Shown: one piece after another, positions 18,259-26,851 of the stretch | Layout: each line of letters begins with the position of its first letter | Position numbering within the stretch: position 1 is the stretch's first letter | Assembly (NCBI GenBank): GCA_903891235.1 | Contig: CAITDW010000081.1 | Coordinates: 1 to 29,671, forward strand | Direction of reading: 5' to 3' | Length of the DNA: 29,671 bases | Source of the DNA: an uncultured Candidatus Saccharibacteria bacterium | Lineage (GTDB): Bacteria > Patescibacteriota > Saccharimonadia > Saccharimonadales > UBA4665 | Position numbers and translations under genes: made by a program | Notes under the pieces: generated by a model | Told to the model about the DNA's origin: nothing | What the model saw: the letters and a program-made list of their open reading frames with translations, nothing else | The model's database searches: none

Positions 18259-18849
18259 CTAAGGCCTACCATTTGTATAATTAGCATGTTGATATGTCTG
18301 AGTTACATAACGAATAGTAAATATGGATGGGTCATAGCCAAGATCCTTCATGAATAATATGGCCATATTCCAAGCATCTTGATTAGGTCCTGAAATAACA
18401 ATAATAGGTTGAGCATATTGCCCTTGGTATGAATAAACATAATTAATTCTATATTGAGCCATAGGTCCCTCGAAAGGTAAAGAATTGATGAACTTATTTT
18501 GAAGCTTTAGTTTATTTACGAAATTATTATGAGCATTAATTAATGAATCTACATCTAGAGATATATTAGTTGTTTGGTTTTTAGCGATAATTATATATTT
18601 AGATGTTTGAATACTGTCTTTGGTTGCTAATATGGTATATTGTCCGGGGTTTATTTTAGCTTTTATTTGAGTGATACCCAAACTAACAGTTTCTAGGTTC
18701 TTGCCAGTAATAGATATGTTGGCATTATTTGATGATTTAACTACTAATGTTCCGGTTTTACTATCTATCACTAAAGCGTATCCTATTTGATATATCCCAA
18801 AAACTACCACTAATAATAAAACGATTCGCTTAATTAATTTTATATTCAT
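18259..18849 (-). CDS. Single-pass membrane protein with PEGA-like beta domain; last gene of the T4SS-like operon
   Basis: N-terminal K/R then TM; GTLVVKS...NISITG...PGQYTILATK resembles a PEGA repeat; ATGA overlap with the upstream gene. Confidence 0.6.
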   Translation of the reverse strand: MNIKLIKRIVLLLVVVFGIYQIGYALVIDSKTGTLVVKSSNNANISITGKNLETVSLGITQIKAKINPGQYTILATKDSIQTSKYIIIAKNQTTNISLDVDSLINAHNNFVNKLKLQNKFINSLPFEGPMAQYRINYVYSYQGQYAQPIIVISGPNQDAWNMAILFMKDLGYDPSIFTIRYVTQTYQHANYTNGRP

Positions 18850-19262
18850 GAATTACCTAACTTTACTGCATGTAGAGATTTCAAATATGACTGCACTACA
18901 CTAGGTAAGTTATTAATATTTTTTTGAAGAATCAGGTTACTTGGATATATGACTGTTTTGTAATTATCACCGTTTTTTTCATAAACTGCAGTTAATGAAT
19001 CTGAAAAACCCTTAATTGGAGTTATTGAACTAACTGCCCAACTATTATTATTAAAATATTTCACTTTAAGATTATAATCACTACCCTGAATCGGAAGAAA
19101 ACTATAACCATTTATTTTCTTTATATCTAATGCTGTTAAATATGCCACTTGGTCATATTTAACAGAATAATAATTTGACCCACCCATAATTAATGGTTTG
19201 ATTAAAAAAGATAAAATAATTAAAAAAACTACTACAACTAAGAATCTAATATTATTTTTCAT
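18846..19262 (-). CDS. Hypothetical small exported or single-pass membrane protein
   Basis: Hydrophobic N-terminus (FLVVVVFLIILSFLI); 4-nt overlaps at both ends indicate translational coupling. Confidence 0.7.
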   Translation of the reverse strand: MKNNIRFLVVVVFLIILSFLIKPLIMGGSNYYSVKYDQVAYLTALDIKKINGYSFLPIQGSDYNLKVKYFNNNSWAVSSITPIKGFSDSLTAVYEKNGDNYKTVIYPSNLILQKNINNLPSVVQSYLKSLHAVKLGNS

Positions 19263-21352
19263 GCCCCACTACTTCCTGGTCCAATATACCTGAAAAATTG
19301 AGTAAAGTCATATCCAGACGAAGAGTTAAATGTTTGTGCAGCAGTAGGCGAGCCAGTACTTGACGAAGCTACCACATAAAGAGTGTTGGTTTTAGAATCA
19401 TAATGATCAACTATCACTACATGAGCTTGGCCAGAATGTGTTGCAATATCGCCAGCCTGAACCTGACTTTCGCTAATTGGTTTCCAGTCAGCCATATTAC
19501 TCATTAAACCATTATTACCAACAGAGTAAGATAGTTTTTGATTAAAAGCTGCACTTACAGATACCGAGACTAAACCACTACAATCTGTTGAACATGGACC
19601 AGGTTTACTACTAGTACTTGAAGCAGCAGCACCTGAGATTGAAGCTTCAGGACAGGCATTTCTAAAAGCCGTATAGTTATGACTTAAACCAGCCCCATAA
19701 TATATACCTATATATTTTTTAGCCTCACATAATATATCCGCGTTAGTACTAGCGGTACATGAGGTAGAACCATTATTAGTAGTTGACCCAGCACATTTTT
19801 CACCTGAACTTGAAGCTAGAGCAGCCGTGGCATCTCCACTACCACTTCCACCACTGAACTTAAGACTACTAATAGGTACTCCTGGAGCACCTGGAGTATA
19901 ACCTTTGTTTTGAACACTGCCTATCTCTGTACTCGCGTATTTACCATAATTAGACCTTACGATAGAAAGTAATGTTAATAATGCTGGGTAATAATCAGAA
20001 TGGCCATAAGCAGCAGCACCAGCTTCAGTTGATTGACCACCCCATGCCCATGCCAAATTACCTGGATATAAATCTGGGAATGCAATTGCTTGTAAAACTT
20101 GATCTGCAGTTGAACCTGGAGTTGATAGTACTTTTCCAATTCTACTTTGGTTTGAACCTGTCATTTCTATTGTATTACCTTCAACACCTGCATCATATGA
20201 GGCGAATCCAGTTTGGCTTCCATCAGACGTACCATGTGTAAACAATTGAGAAAAACTACTCAAATACCCCATATTCCATAAATTAAACGCATTACCGGTA
20301 TTATTGGTATTACCACCTTCTTTAATTTGCCAAGCTACCATAGCTACAACATGATCTTGGGTTACGGTTACACTTGGCGGTACACCTTCAGCCTGAGCAA
20401 TATCTTTTAATAAGTCTATAATATATTGTTCCATATAATATGGTTCTTGAGCATTACTAGTATATGTAAACGGTCCAGTAGCGGCAGAAGAAGGTGCACC
20501 TGAACCTGAACCTGAACTTGAAGACAATGTATTACAGCAACTAGCATTTGATTGAGTTGATGATGGGTTTGAAGTACCACCTTGAGATACCGTACTAACA
20601 ACCAAGCTAGCTAACGCTTGAGAACCTGCAGAAGATGGATGGAAACCGTAAGAATTTGGATCGGACAAAGGCCTCATATAATTATTTGTATCAGTTTCAT
20701 TACCACTAAGTGTTGTTGGATTACCGTTTGGGTCAACTAACTTAAACCAAGAAATGATAGAATAATTATCTTGCACAGATTGACTATAAATATTCTGATT
20801 AGCTGTTTGTATAGTTTGCACAACTTGTTGGCCTGGTTGATTTACTACAATTGTGTCAACCCAGTAAATAGGAGCTTTAGAATTGTCTGCTTGTAATGCT
20901 TTGACTAATCCATCAATGTTTTGAGTTGTATCATCTCCATTGGTGCCAAGCGCAACTACTATTGCATCTGCATTAGTAATATTATCTTTATCTAAGGTGA
21001 TTGCATCCATAGCATTTAATCTGTTATTATCCATTCCAGTTTTTAATATTCCTCTACCAGAGGAAGCATCAATATTTACGTTAATACCTTTAGCTGAGAA
21101 TAAATCATGATAATTAGGCGTAGACATAACAGTTATTGAATCACCTAGGATATATACATTTGAACCAGAGACTAATGAAGGAGTTGGTGGTTTAGAATTG
21201 GCACTACTAGAGATGCTACAATTTGGTAGATAATGAACCGTCCCAGTATAAATTTTTTGTAAATCAGCCGAGCTTATTGCAAAGACACTCGAAGAAGAAA
21301 TAATTAAGTAAAAAAAACTCAAAAAAAAGATAAATATTTTTTTTATCATCAT
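19259..21352 (-). CDS. Secreted multidomain cell-wall hydrolase (SGNH esterase-like + lysozyme-like + NlpC/P60), VirB1 analogue
   Basis: Signal peptide ending VFA. SGNH blocks GDS(72), SSG(99)R, GTN(138), GFH(238)P. Middle domain AWQIKEGG...NAFNLWN...FASYDAG. C-terminal EAKKYIG...DC(591)SG...VQAGDI...AH(644)VVI. Confidence 0.75.
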   Translation of the reverse strand: MMIKKIFIFFLSFFYLIISSSSVFAISSADLQKIYTGTVHYLPNCSISSSANSKPPTPSLVSGSNVYILGDSITVMSTPNYHDLFSAKGINVNIDASSGRGILKTGMDNNRLNAMDAITLDKDNITNADAIVVALGTNGDDTTQNIDGLVKALQADNSKAPIYWVDTIVVNQPGQQVVQTIQTANQNIYSQSVQDNYSIISWFKLVDPNGNPTTLSGNETDTNNYMRPLSDPNSYGFHPSSAGSQALASLVVSTVSQGGTSNPSSTQSNASCCNTLSSSSGSGSGAPSSAATGPFTYTSNAQEPYYMEQYIIDLLKDIAQAEGVPPSVTVTQDHVVAMVAWQIKEGGNTNNTGNAFNLWNMGYLSSFSQLFTHGTSDGSQTGFASYDAGVEGNTIEMTGSNQSRIGKVLSTPGSTADQVLQAIAFPDLYPGNLAWAWGGQSTEAGAAAYGHSDYYPALLTLLSIVRSNYGKYASTEIGSVQNKGYTPGAPGVPISSLKFSGGSGSGDATAALASSSGEKCAGSTTNNGSTSCTASTNADILCEAKKYIGIYYGAGLSHNYTAFRNACPEASISGAAASSTSSKPGPCSTDCSGLVSVSVSAAFNQKLSYSVGNNGLMSNMADWKPISESQVQAGDIATHSGQAHVVIVDHYDSKTNTLYVVASSSTGSPTAAQTFNSSSGYDFTQFFRYIGPGSSGA

Positions 21353-24054
21353 TGGTTACCTACTAAGCTAATATAATTTCTCATAACATTTGTGTCTGCA
21401 ATGTATTGCCTAAAACGAGCACTATCATCATTCTTATTAATTTGTTTTAGTATACCAGAATCACAACCTGAACCACCTAAAGCCTTCGTATAAATATTGC
21501 AAATATTACTATTTAAACCTTGATCCATATCTTTATCAAGGTTTTGATCATCTTGAAGTATTGTTGAGTTTCTATTACCACATAAATCTTGACCCGTATT
21601 ATCAGCACCTGCAAAAACCGACATAGAATCATAATAATCAGTACTACCTATAACATAACAACCGCTACCGTTTGGTCCTCCATTATTACTTAATGAAACA
21701 ACACAGTTTAGTCTCAAATTATCTTTATTTTGTATTATATCTGTATAATTGCCAGCAAAACAATGAAGTAAATTATCACTATTATTATCTAAAGGATTTT
21801 TTTGGGTAAGATTAGATGGATCGCCAAGCATGGATAATCTAGATTTATGGTTTCCATTTAGTGAAACCTCCTTATTTAAATAATATTCATTTGAATATAT
21901 ATTATACTTCGTTGACTCTCCAGGGTTAAAATTATATTGAGACAATCCATATTGATCACCTGGCAATGGACTAGCAGTGTCTGCAAATATTCTAGGAGAC
22001 AAAACAATAGATAAGCTATGAGTAACAACTGATGGAAACTTTGTGAAATAATTTATCATACTATCAAAAACTGCGCTTTTACCCATTGGAATATCATTCA
22101 TTAATCTAGAAGTTAACGAATTATTATTATTTAATGCAAAAATTTGATCGTAAATTGACCTATTTGAGTTACTCTTTATCTCATTCATATTAGCTATTGA
22201 AACTAATTTACCAACTGTTTTCTTACTCATAGGAACACTTCCTGAAGCTCTAGAATATGTATTATAGGATAAATTAGCACCAGAGTCTGCATTATTCATC
22301 CAACTAGCACCACCCTCTAGTCCATTAAAACCAGCAACCGTAAGATTGGTCACAATATATGGTATAAGTTTGTACTGTACAAAAACAGTCTCTGCCCCAG
22401 CAGCAGCTACTTGTGCAACATCAGCTGCGCCAAGTGAACCAATATCAGCAGCAAGAGTAGCTACATATCCAACAGCAGTAGTAATGTGTCCAACAACTCT
22501 GTTATTAAGAGCATCACAAATACTTTTTACACCAGGAATGTTTGTTAAACCTGTCGACGTTACTTCATCGATTAATCTTTGGGCACCAGTACTCGTTGGA
22601 AGAGTCCCACTATCTGGCAATAATCCCTGAATTTTATTTGGATCGAATGAGTTTGAACCAACATCTGTATTAACTCCATTATTGTTCCCTATAGCTGATT
22701 GCCAAGCTTCAGAGTTAGAAAAATTACTTGAAGGTGTATAGATTGGTTCACCAGTTTTATCTAATATTGGAGTACCATCAGCATTTTCGGAAACTTTTGC
22801 TGGACTACCCTGTAGGGTGTTCATAAAATGATTTAGATCTTGCCCGCTTAATTTATGAGATTTCATTTGTGCTACAACCGCAAAAAGTAGAGTACTATGT
22901 CTTATCATAAGAGTTACAATTGCAGGTATTCCATCTTTGCTTAGTTTATTTGTAATTAAACTAACCTCGCAATAATCAGCTAGATATTTTTCAATATTTA
23001 AACTCGTTCCTATAGCTGATGGTAATTTATCTTGAGCAGCTTTTATTGCGTCAGATACAGATAATCCGCTATTAGAAGCCTCCTCGGCAGCTTGTATAGC
23101 TTGTCCAATATCTCCGTTAGTGTCAGGACTTTGAGTAGACTTGACTGCTTCACTAGCCAAGCTTGATGAACTTTTGCTTTCACCATCAACAATTGCTGAC
23201 TCTTCTGTTTGAGCGGCAGTCTTGGTCGGATCATCCTTAAGCCCACTAACAGGTGCGTTTGCTTCCCCGACCAAAACATTATTAAAAGTTGTTAATTGGC
23301 CAACATCCCATTCCGGAACAGCTTTTGAGAATTTATCCCAAGCACCACCCTCGTTGTTAGCAAATTTTTCCGATAAATCAGTTGGTGATGTACTTTCATC
23401 ACCTATACTCTTTATTCCTATTGAGCCATCTGACTTTGTAAAGGTATCTAAACCAGCATCTGATAAACCATTCTTTATGCTAGGATCTTCCCAGTTAAAC
23501 TTAGATGTTTCTTCAGCTAGCGATCCTTTTGTTGTGCCGTCTGGTTTTAAATCACCTTCTGGAGTAGATGGGTCACCGCTTGCACTTGGACTGGGAACTT
23601 TGGGGGGAGAGTGCTTTTGTAGCTCTTTAGTTATATCCTTGCTTACATCATTTTCCAATTGATGTGTTAATTTGCTTTCCTCTGCCAGTATCACATTTGC
23701 AATATGCTGAACAATCATTGGAACAAAAAAGGTTATTGCAAAAATCATTATTCCGAGGGCTGCCCCAGCGGCACCACCACCAATCAATCCCTTATTCTTA
23801 TTTTTTTGAAAAGCCCCTTTTATACCACTAGCAAATCCTCCAGCAACTGAACCTTTTGAAAGTCCAGTACTTGAACTGGCACCAGCCTCAGTTGCGGTTG
23901 CCGGCGCCTCAGGGGTTTTACCTTCGCCACTAACCTTACCAGGAGCTGATGGAGCTTGGCTCGCACCTCCACCCTCCTCCATTGACTTAAGATCCGGCCT
24001 TGTTATAGGATTTTCAGAATCTTGATCATATACTCCATTGGGTTGATTTTCCAT
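21349..24054 (-). CDS. Large membrane-anchored exported protein of unknown function, T4SS-associated
   Basis: 901-aa ORF with a disordered N-terminus, KNKNK then one TM (aa ~89-115), a long soluble region and a Cys-rich C-terminus; 7 bp after virB4 and ATGA-coupled to the next gene. Confidence 0.8.
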   Translation of the reverse strand: MENQPNGVYDQDSENPITRPDLKSMEEGGGASQAPSAPGKVSGEGKTPEAPATATEAGASSSTGLSKGSVAGGFASGIKGAFQKNKNKGLIGGGAAGAALGIMIFAITFFVPMIVQHIANVILAEESKLTHQLENDVSKDITKELQKHSPPKVPSPSASGDPSTPEGDLKPDGTTKGSLAEETSKFNWEDPSIKNGLSDAGLDTFTKSDGSIGIKSIGDESTSPTDLSEKFANNEGGAWDKFSKAVPEWDVGQLTTFNNVLVGEANAPVSGLKDDPTKTAAQTEESAIVDGESKSSSSLASEAVKSTQSPDTNGDIGQAIQAAEEASNSGLSVSDAIKAAQDKLPSAIGTSLNIEKYLADYCEVSLITNKLSKDGIPAIVTLMIRHSTLLFAVVAQMKSHKLSGQDLNHFMNTLQGSPAKVSENADGTPILDKTGEPIYTPSSNFSNSEAWQSAIGNNNGVNTDVGSNSFDPNKIQGLLPDSGTLPTSTGAQRLIDEVTSTGLTNIPGVKSICDALNNRVVGHITTAVGYVATLAADIGSLGAADVAQVAAAGAETVFVQYKLIPYIVTNLTVAGFNGLEGGASWMNNADSGANLSYNTYSRASGSVPMSKKTVGKLVSIANMNEIKSNSNRSIYDQIFALNNNNSLTSRLMNDIPMGKSAVFDSMINYFTKFPSVVTHSLSIVLSPRIFADTASPLPGDQYGLSQYNFNPGESTKYNIYSNEYYLNKEVSLNGNHKSRLSMLGDPSNLTQKNPLDNNSDNLLHCFAGNYTDIIQNKDNLRLNCVVSLSNNGGPNGSGCYVIGSTDYYDSMSVFAGADNTGQDLCGNRNSTILQDDQNLDKDMDQGLNSNICNIYTKALGGSGCDSGILKQINKNDDSARFRQYIADTNVMRNYISLVGNQ

Positions 24055-24061
24055 AGTTTAC

Positions 24062-25963
24062 TCAACTAATAGCGTTGGTTGATCCCGGCGTTAATGTATT
24101 AGATAAATCTATAGTTCCTTCTTGTAAGCTTTGAACAGACTGATTAGGACTACTGTTAACTAGTCCCATCTCAGTTGGTGATCCTGCGACCTGGATGTGA
24201 ACGTGATTCGGGCCAGCAAAGAACAATCCTTGACCAACCGGGAATTGTGATAATCTTTTCTTTTCTTCCTCGGTTAATTTAAATACATCTGCTAATACAT
24301 CAACAGAAGATGGCGACTGTTTAAATAACATCTGCATTGAAGCGTTGGCGACAATAGCCCTGCCCATACGACTACCCATAAAGTCTTCAACGTCTTGAGA
24401 AATAGTGGTTATACCTAGATTATATTTTCTGGCTCTTTTTGCGAGTGAAAAAATAAAGTTAGCTGAATCCTCATACTTCATGAGTTGCCATGCTTCATCA
24501 ATAATAAGGATTCTTTTCTTTCTATCCGACTTGGTTTTGTTCCATATGTAATTAAGAACAATATACATAGCCACTGGACGAAGTTCATCTTCAAGATCTC
24601 TTACGTTGAAGACTACAAATGGATTATCGATAATAATATTACTTTGTTGAGAAAAAATGCCTGCAAATGTACCACTAGTGTATTTTCTAATCCTTTGGGC
24701 TAATTGAGGGCCAGTACCACCCATATGCAACAATGTTTCATATAGATCTGCAATTGTCGGAGGCACAGTATTGTGAGTTAGTGGATCATTGGTTATACCA
24801 GCTTTTGCATAGGTTTCTATTAGGGCTGTATCAAGATCAGACTCCTCTACTGGATTCAGCGCTGGAGTAATTGCATTGTTTCCGCCAACCATTTGCGCCT
24901 GAGCACCACCCATCATTAAGCGAAGTAAACCATGGAGCATAATTAAGTTACTACGAAGCGCATTATCTGCTTCTTCTGGGTCAATTGTAGTTGGTAGATC
25001 AAAAGGATTTATTCTAGTGCTTGAGCTGAGACTGAGTCGAACATAGGCACCAGCAACTGCATCAGATAATTTTTGGTACTCATTTTCTGGGTCAATAATA
25101 ATAATCTCAGTACCAAACATCATACTTCGAAGTGCCTCTAGCTTCACAGCGAAAGATTTACCCGCTCCAGATTTAGCAAAGACTACAGAATTACTATTTT
25201 CTAGAGTAAATCTGTCAAAAATAACCAAACCTGAATTGTGCATATTGATACCATATAAAATACCGTTATCTTGGCTGAGGTTAGCAGATGTAAACGGAAA
25301 ACTAGTAGATAGTGCACCTGTATTCATATTCCTACGAATTTGCATTTCGTCAACAAACTGAGGGATAACAGTATTGAAACCTTGCTCTTGTTGAGATGAA
25401 CCCGGCTTAGAGTAAATTAATTGTTGACCAAGCATTGACTCTACTTTATGAGAAACAAATTCTAATTCTTCCATGTCATTGGCATAAATATTAAAATAAA
25501 GACCAAATCTAAAAAATCTTTCCTCACCAACTTGAAGTTTGTCTCTCATTTCCTCAGCATCTTGAATAGCAGCTTGTTTACCTGGATCTCTGATTTTACC
25601 TTTTTCAGAATCGATCTGTATTCCTGCTTCCAGCTGAGTAACTTTTTTTCTCAAGTTATTCATAATTACCTGGCTAGCAACTGGATAAATGTAAATACTG
25701 ATATCTATTACTTCATCGATGTTAACCAAGCCACTTAACCAACCTGTGTAGATTTGTCTTGGGTAGCCATAGACATAATAGCTTCTAGCAAATCTTGTAC
25801 CTATACGAAAATAGTTACTTTGGAGCTCGAGAGAACTAGGAGCTATAAAATCTCTAAGAGCTGTTATACCCTTTTGAAACGCACCATAAACTTCTTGTTG
25901 TTCTTGTCTTCTTTGAGCCTCAGCAATTAAAACTGGGTCAACTCTTTTTTTGCCGAAAGCCAT
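24062..25963 (-). CDS. virB4: VirB4-like type IV secretion ATPase (monoderm conjugation type)
   Basis: GILYGIN, FDRF...NSVVFAKSGAGKS (Walker A), IIIDPENEY, RINPFD, Walker B ILIIDEAW, KRARKY...TISQDVEDF, GQGLF. Confidence 0.93.
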   Translation of the reverse strand: MAFGKKRVDPVLIAEAQRRQEQQEVYGAFQKGITALRDFIAPSSLELQSNYFRIGTRFARSYYVYGYPRQIYTGWLSGLVNIDEVIDISIYIYPVASQVIMNNLRKKVTQLEAGIQIDSEKGKIRDPGKQAAIQDAEEMRDKLQVGEERFFRFGLYFNIYANDMEELEFVSHKVESMLGQQLIYSKPGSSQQEQGFNTVIPQFVDEMQIRRNMNTGALSTSFPFTSANLSQDNGILYGINMHNSGLVIFDRFTLENSNSVVFAKSGAGKSFAVKLEALRSMMFGTEIIIIDPENEYQKLSDAVAGAYVRLSLSSSTRINPFDLPTTIDPEEADNALRSNLIMLHGLLRLMMGGAQAQMVGGNNAITPALNPVEESDLDTALIETYAKAGITNDPLTHNTVPPTIADLYETLLHMGGTGPQLAQRIRKYTSGTFAGIFSQQSNIIIDNPFVVFNVRDLEDELRPVAMYIVLNYIWNKTKSDRKKRILIIDEAWQLMKYEDSANFIFSLAKRARKYNLGITTISQDVEDFMGSRMGRAIVANASMQMLFKQSPSSVDVLADVFKLTEEEKKRLSQFPVGQGLFFAGPNHVHIQVAGSPTEMGLVNSSPNQSVQSLQEGTIDLSNTLTPGSTNAIS

Positions 25964-25965
25964 GA

Positions 25966-26799
25966 TTAATAACCTCCTTGCATGTTTGGTTTAGGTGCTT
26001 GACCCTCACCTTTTTCAATTACATCGCTAGTCAAACTATCGATAGCAATTAGTGGTTGATTAACCGCAGTGTCTGGATTATAGGTATTATAATAAAGTTC
26101 AATTAACTCTTGAGTAGCCAATGGTGTTGCAGTCACCCCACACTGTAATAATCCTTGTAGAGTAGCTTGCACTCTATTTCTTAGTTCATTTTTTGCAGCT
26201 TCTAGATCAGCCTCATTTATTACCACTTTATTATCGTTCTTACCGAGTAACCCACCCAATCCTGTAATAAAATTCCTACTACCCGTAGTAATATTCTTTT
26301 TCATTTCTGGTCCAGGAAAAAACGGAATAACGACATAAAAATCTTTATCCATAATATTAGTTTGGCTGGCTAGTTGCTCGATGAAATCAATATAATCATC
26401 CATTAACATAGATAAAAGCATGTTCTCGTGTTCAGACTTTAATCTATCAAGTTTTTGAACATAGTCAGATAAATTAACCCTCTCAGAGTGAATAAAGATT
26501 TGAATTGGAAAATATAAAGAGTTCAAAAAACCTTGATAACTGAACTCAACAGCTTCTTGTTCAGATTGGCTCATTAAATCAAAATTTATTGCTTTGCACC
26601 ATATAACCGCCCTATATGTACCGTCAGCCATTATTGCAATACCATCTCTTATTTCAGCTATTTTCAGCATGTTTTGAGTACTATTAGGATTAGACTTAAC
26701 CATTTGGCCAGCCTCTTGTTGCGATACAACTGGACCCTGCGCCTGTATTCCAGGAGAAACATAGCCAGGATATTGATTTTGGTTTGAATTAGGATCCAT
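25966..26799 (-). CDS. T4SS accessory protein, TraC/TrsD-like (resembles the soluble region of PrgI/TrsD-type proteins)
   Basis: STQNMLKIAEIRDGIAIMADG, INFDLMSQSEQ, FLNSLYFPIQI, KDFYVVIPF, ELIELYY; directly upstream of virB4 (2-bp gap). Family call from recall of this motif pattern. Confidence 0.65.
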   Translation of the reverse strand: MDPNSNQNQYPGYVSPGIQAQGPVVSQQEAGQMVKSNPNSTQNMLKIAEIRDGIAIMADGTYRAVIWCKAINFDLMSQSEQEAVEFSYQGFLNSLYFPIQIFIHSERVNLSDYVQKLDRLKSEHENMLLSMLMDDYIDFIEQLASQTNIMDKDFYVVIPFFPGPEMKKNITTGSRNFITGLGGLLGKNDNKVVINEADLEAAKNELRNRVQATLQGLLQCGVTATPLATQELIELYYNTYNPDTAVNQPLIAIDSLTSDVIEKGEGQAPKPNMQGGY

Positions 26800-26851
26800 A
26801 TCTATTCTTTGCCACCCCTTATTTAGTAAGGATTAATTAGTAATTTATATA

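Noticed and set aside
20499-20522. (CCTGAA)3 tandem repeat
   Set aside because: It encodes the SGSGSG linker and is in frame; explained by protein low complexity.
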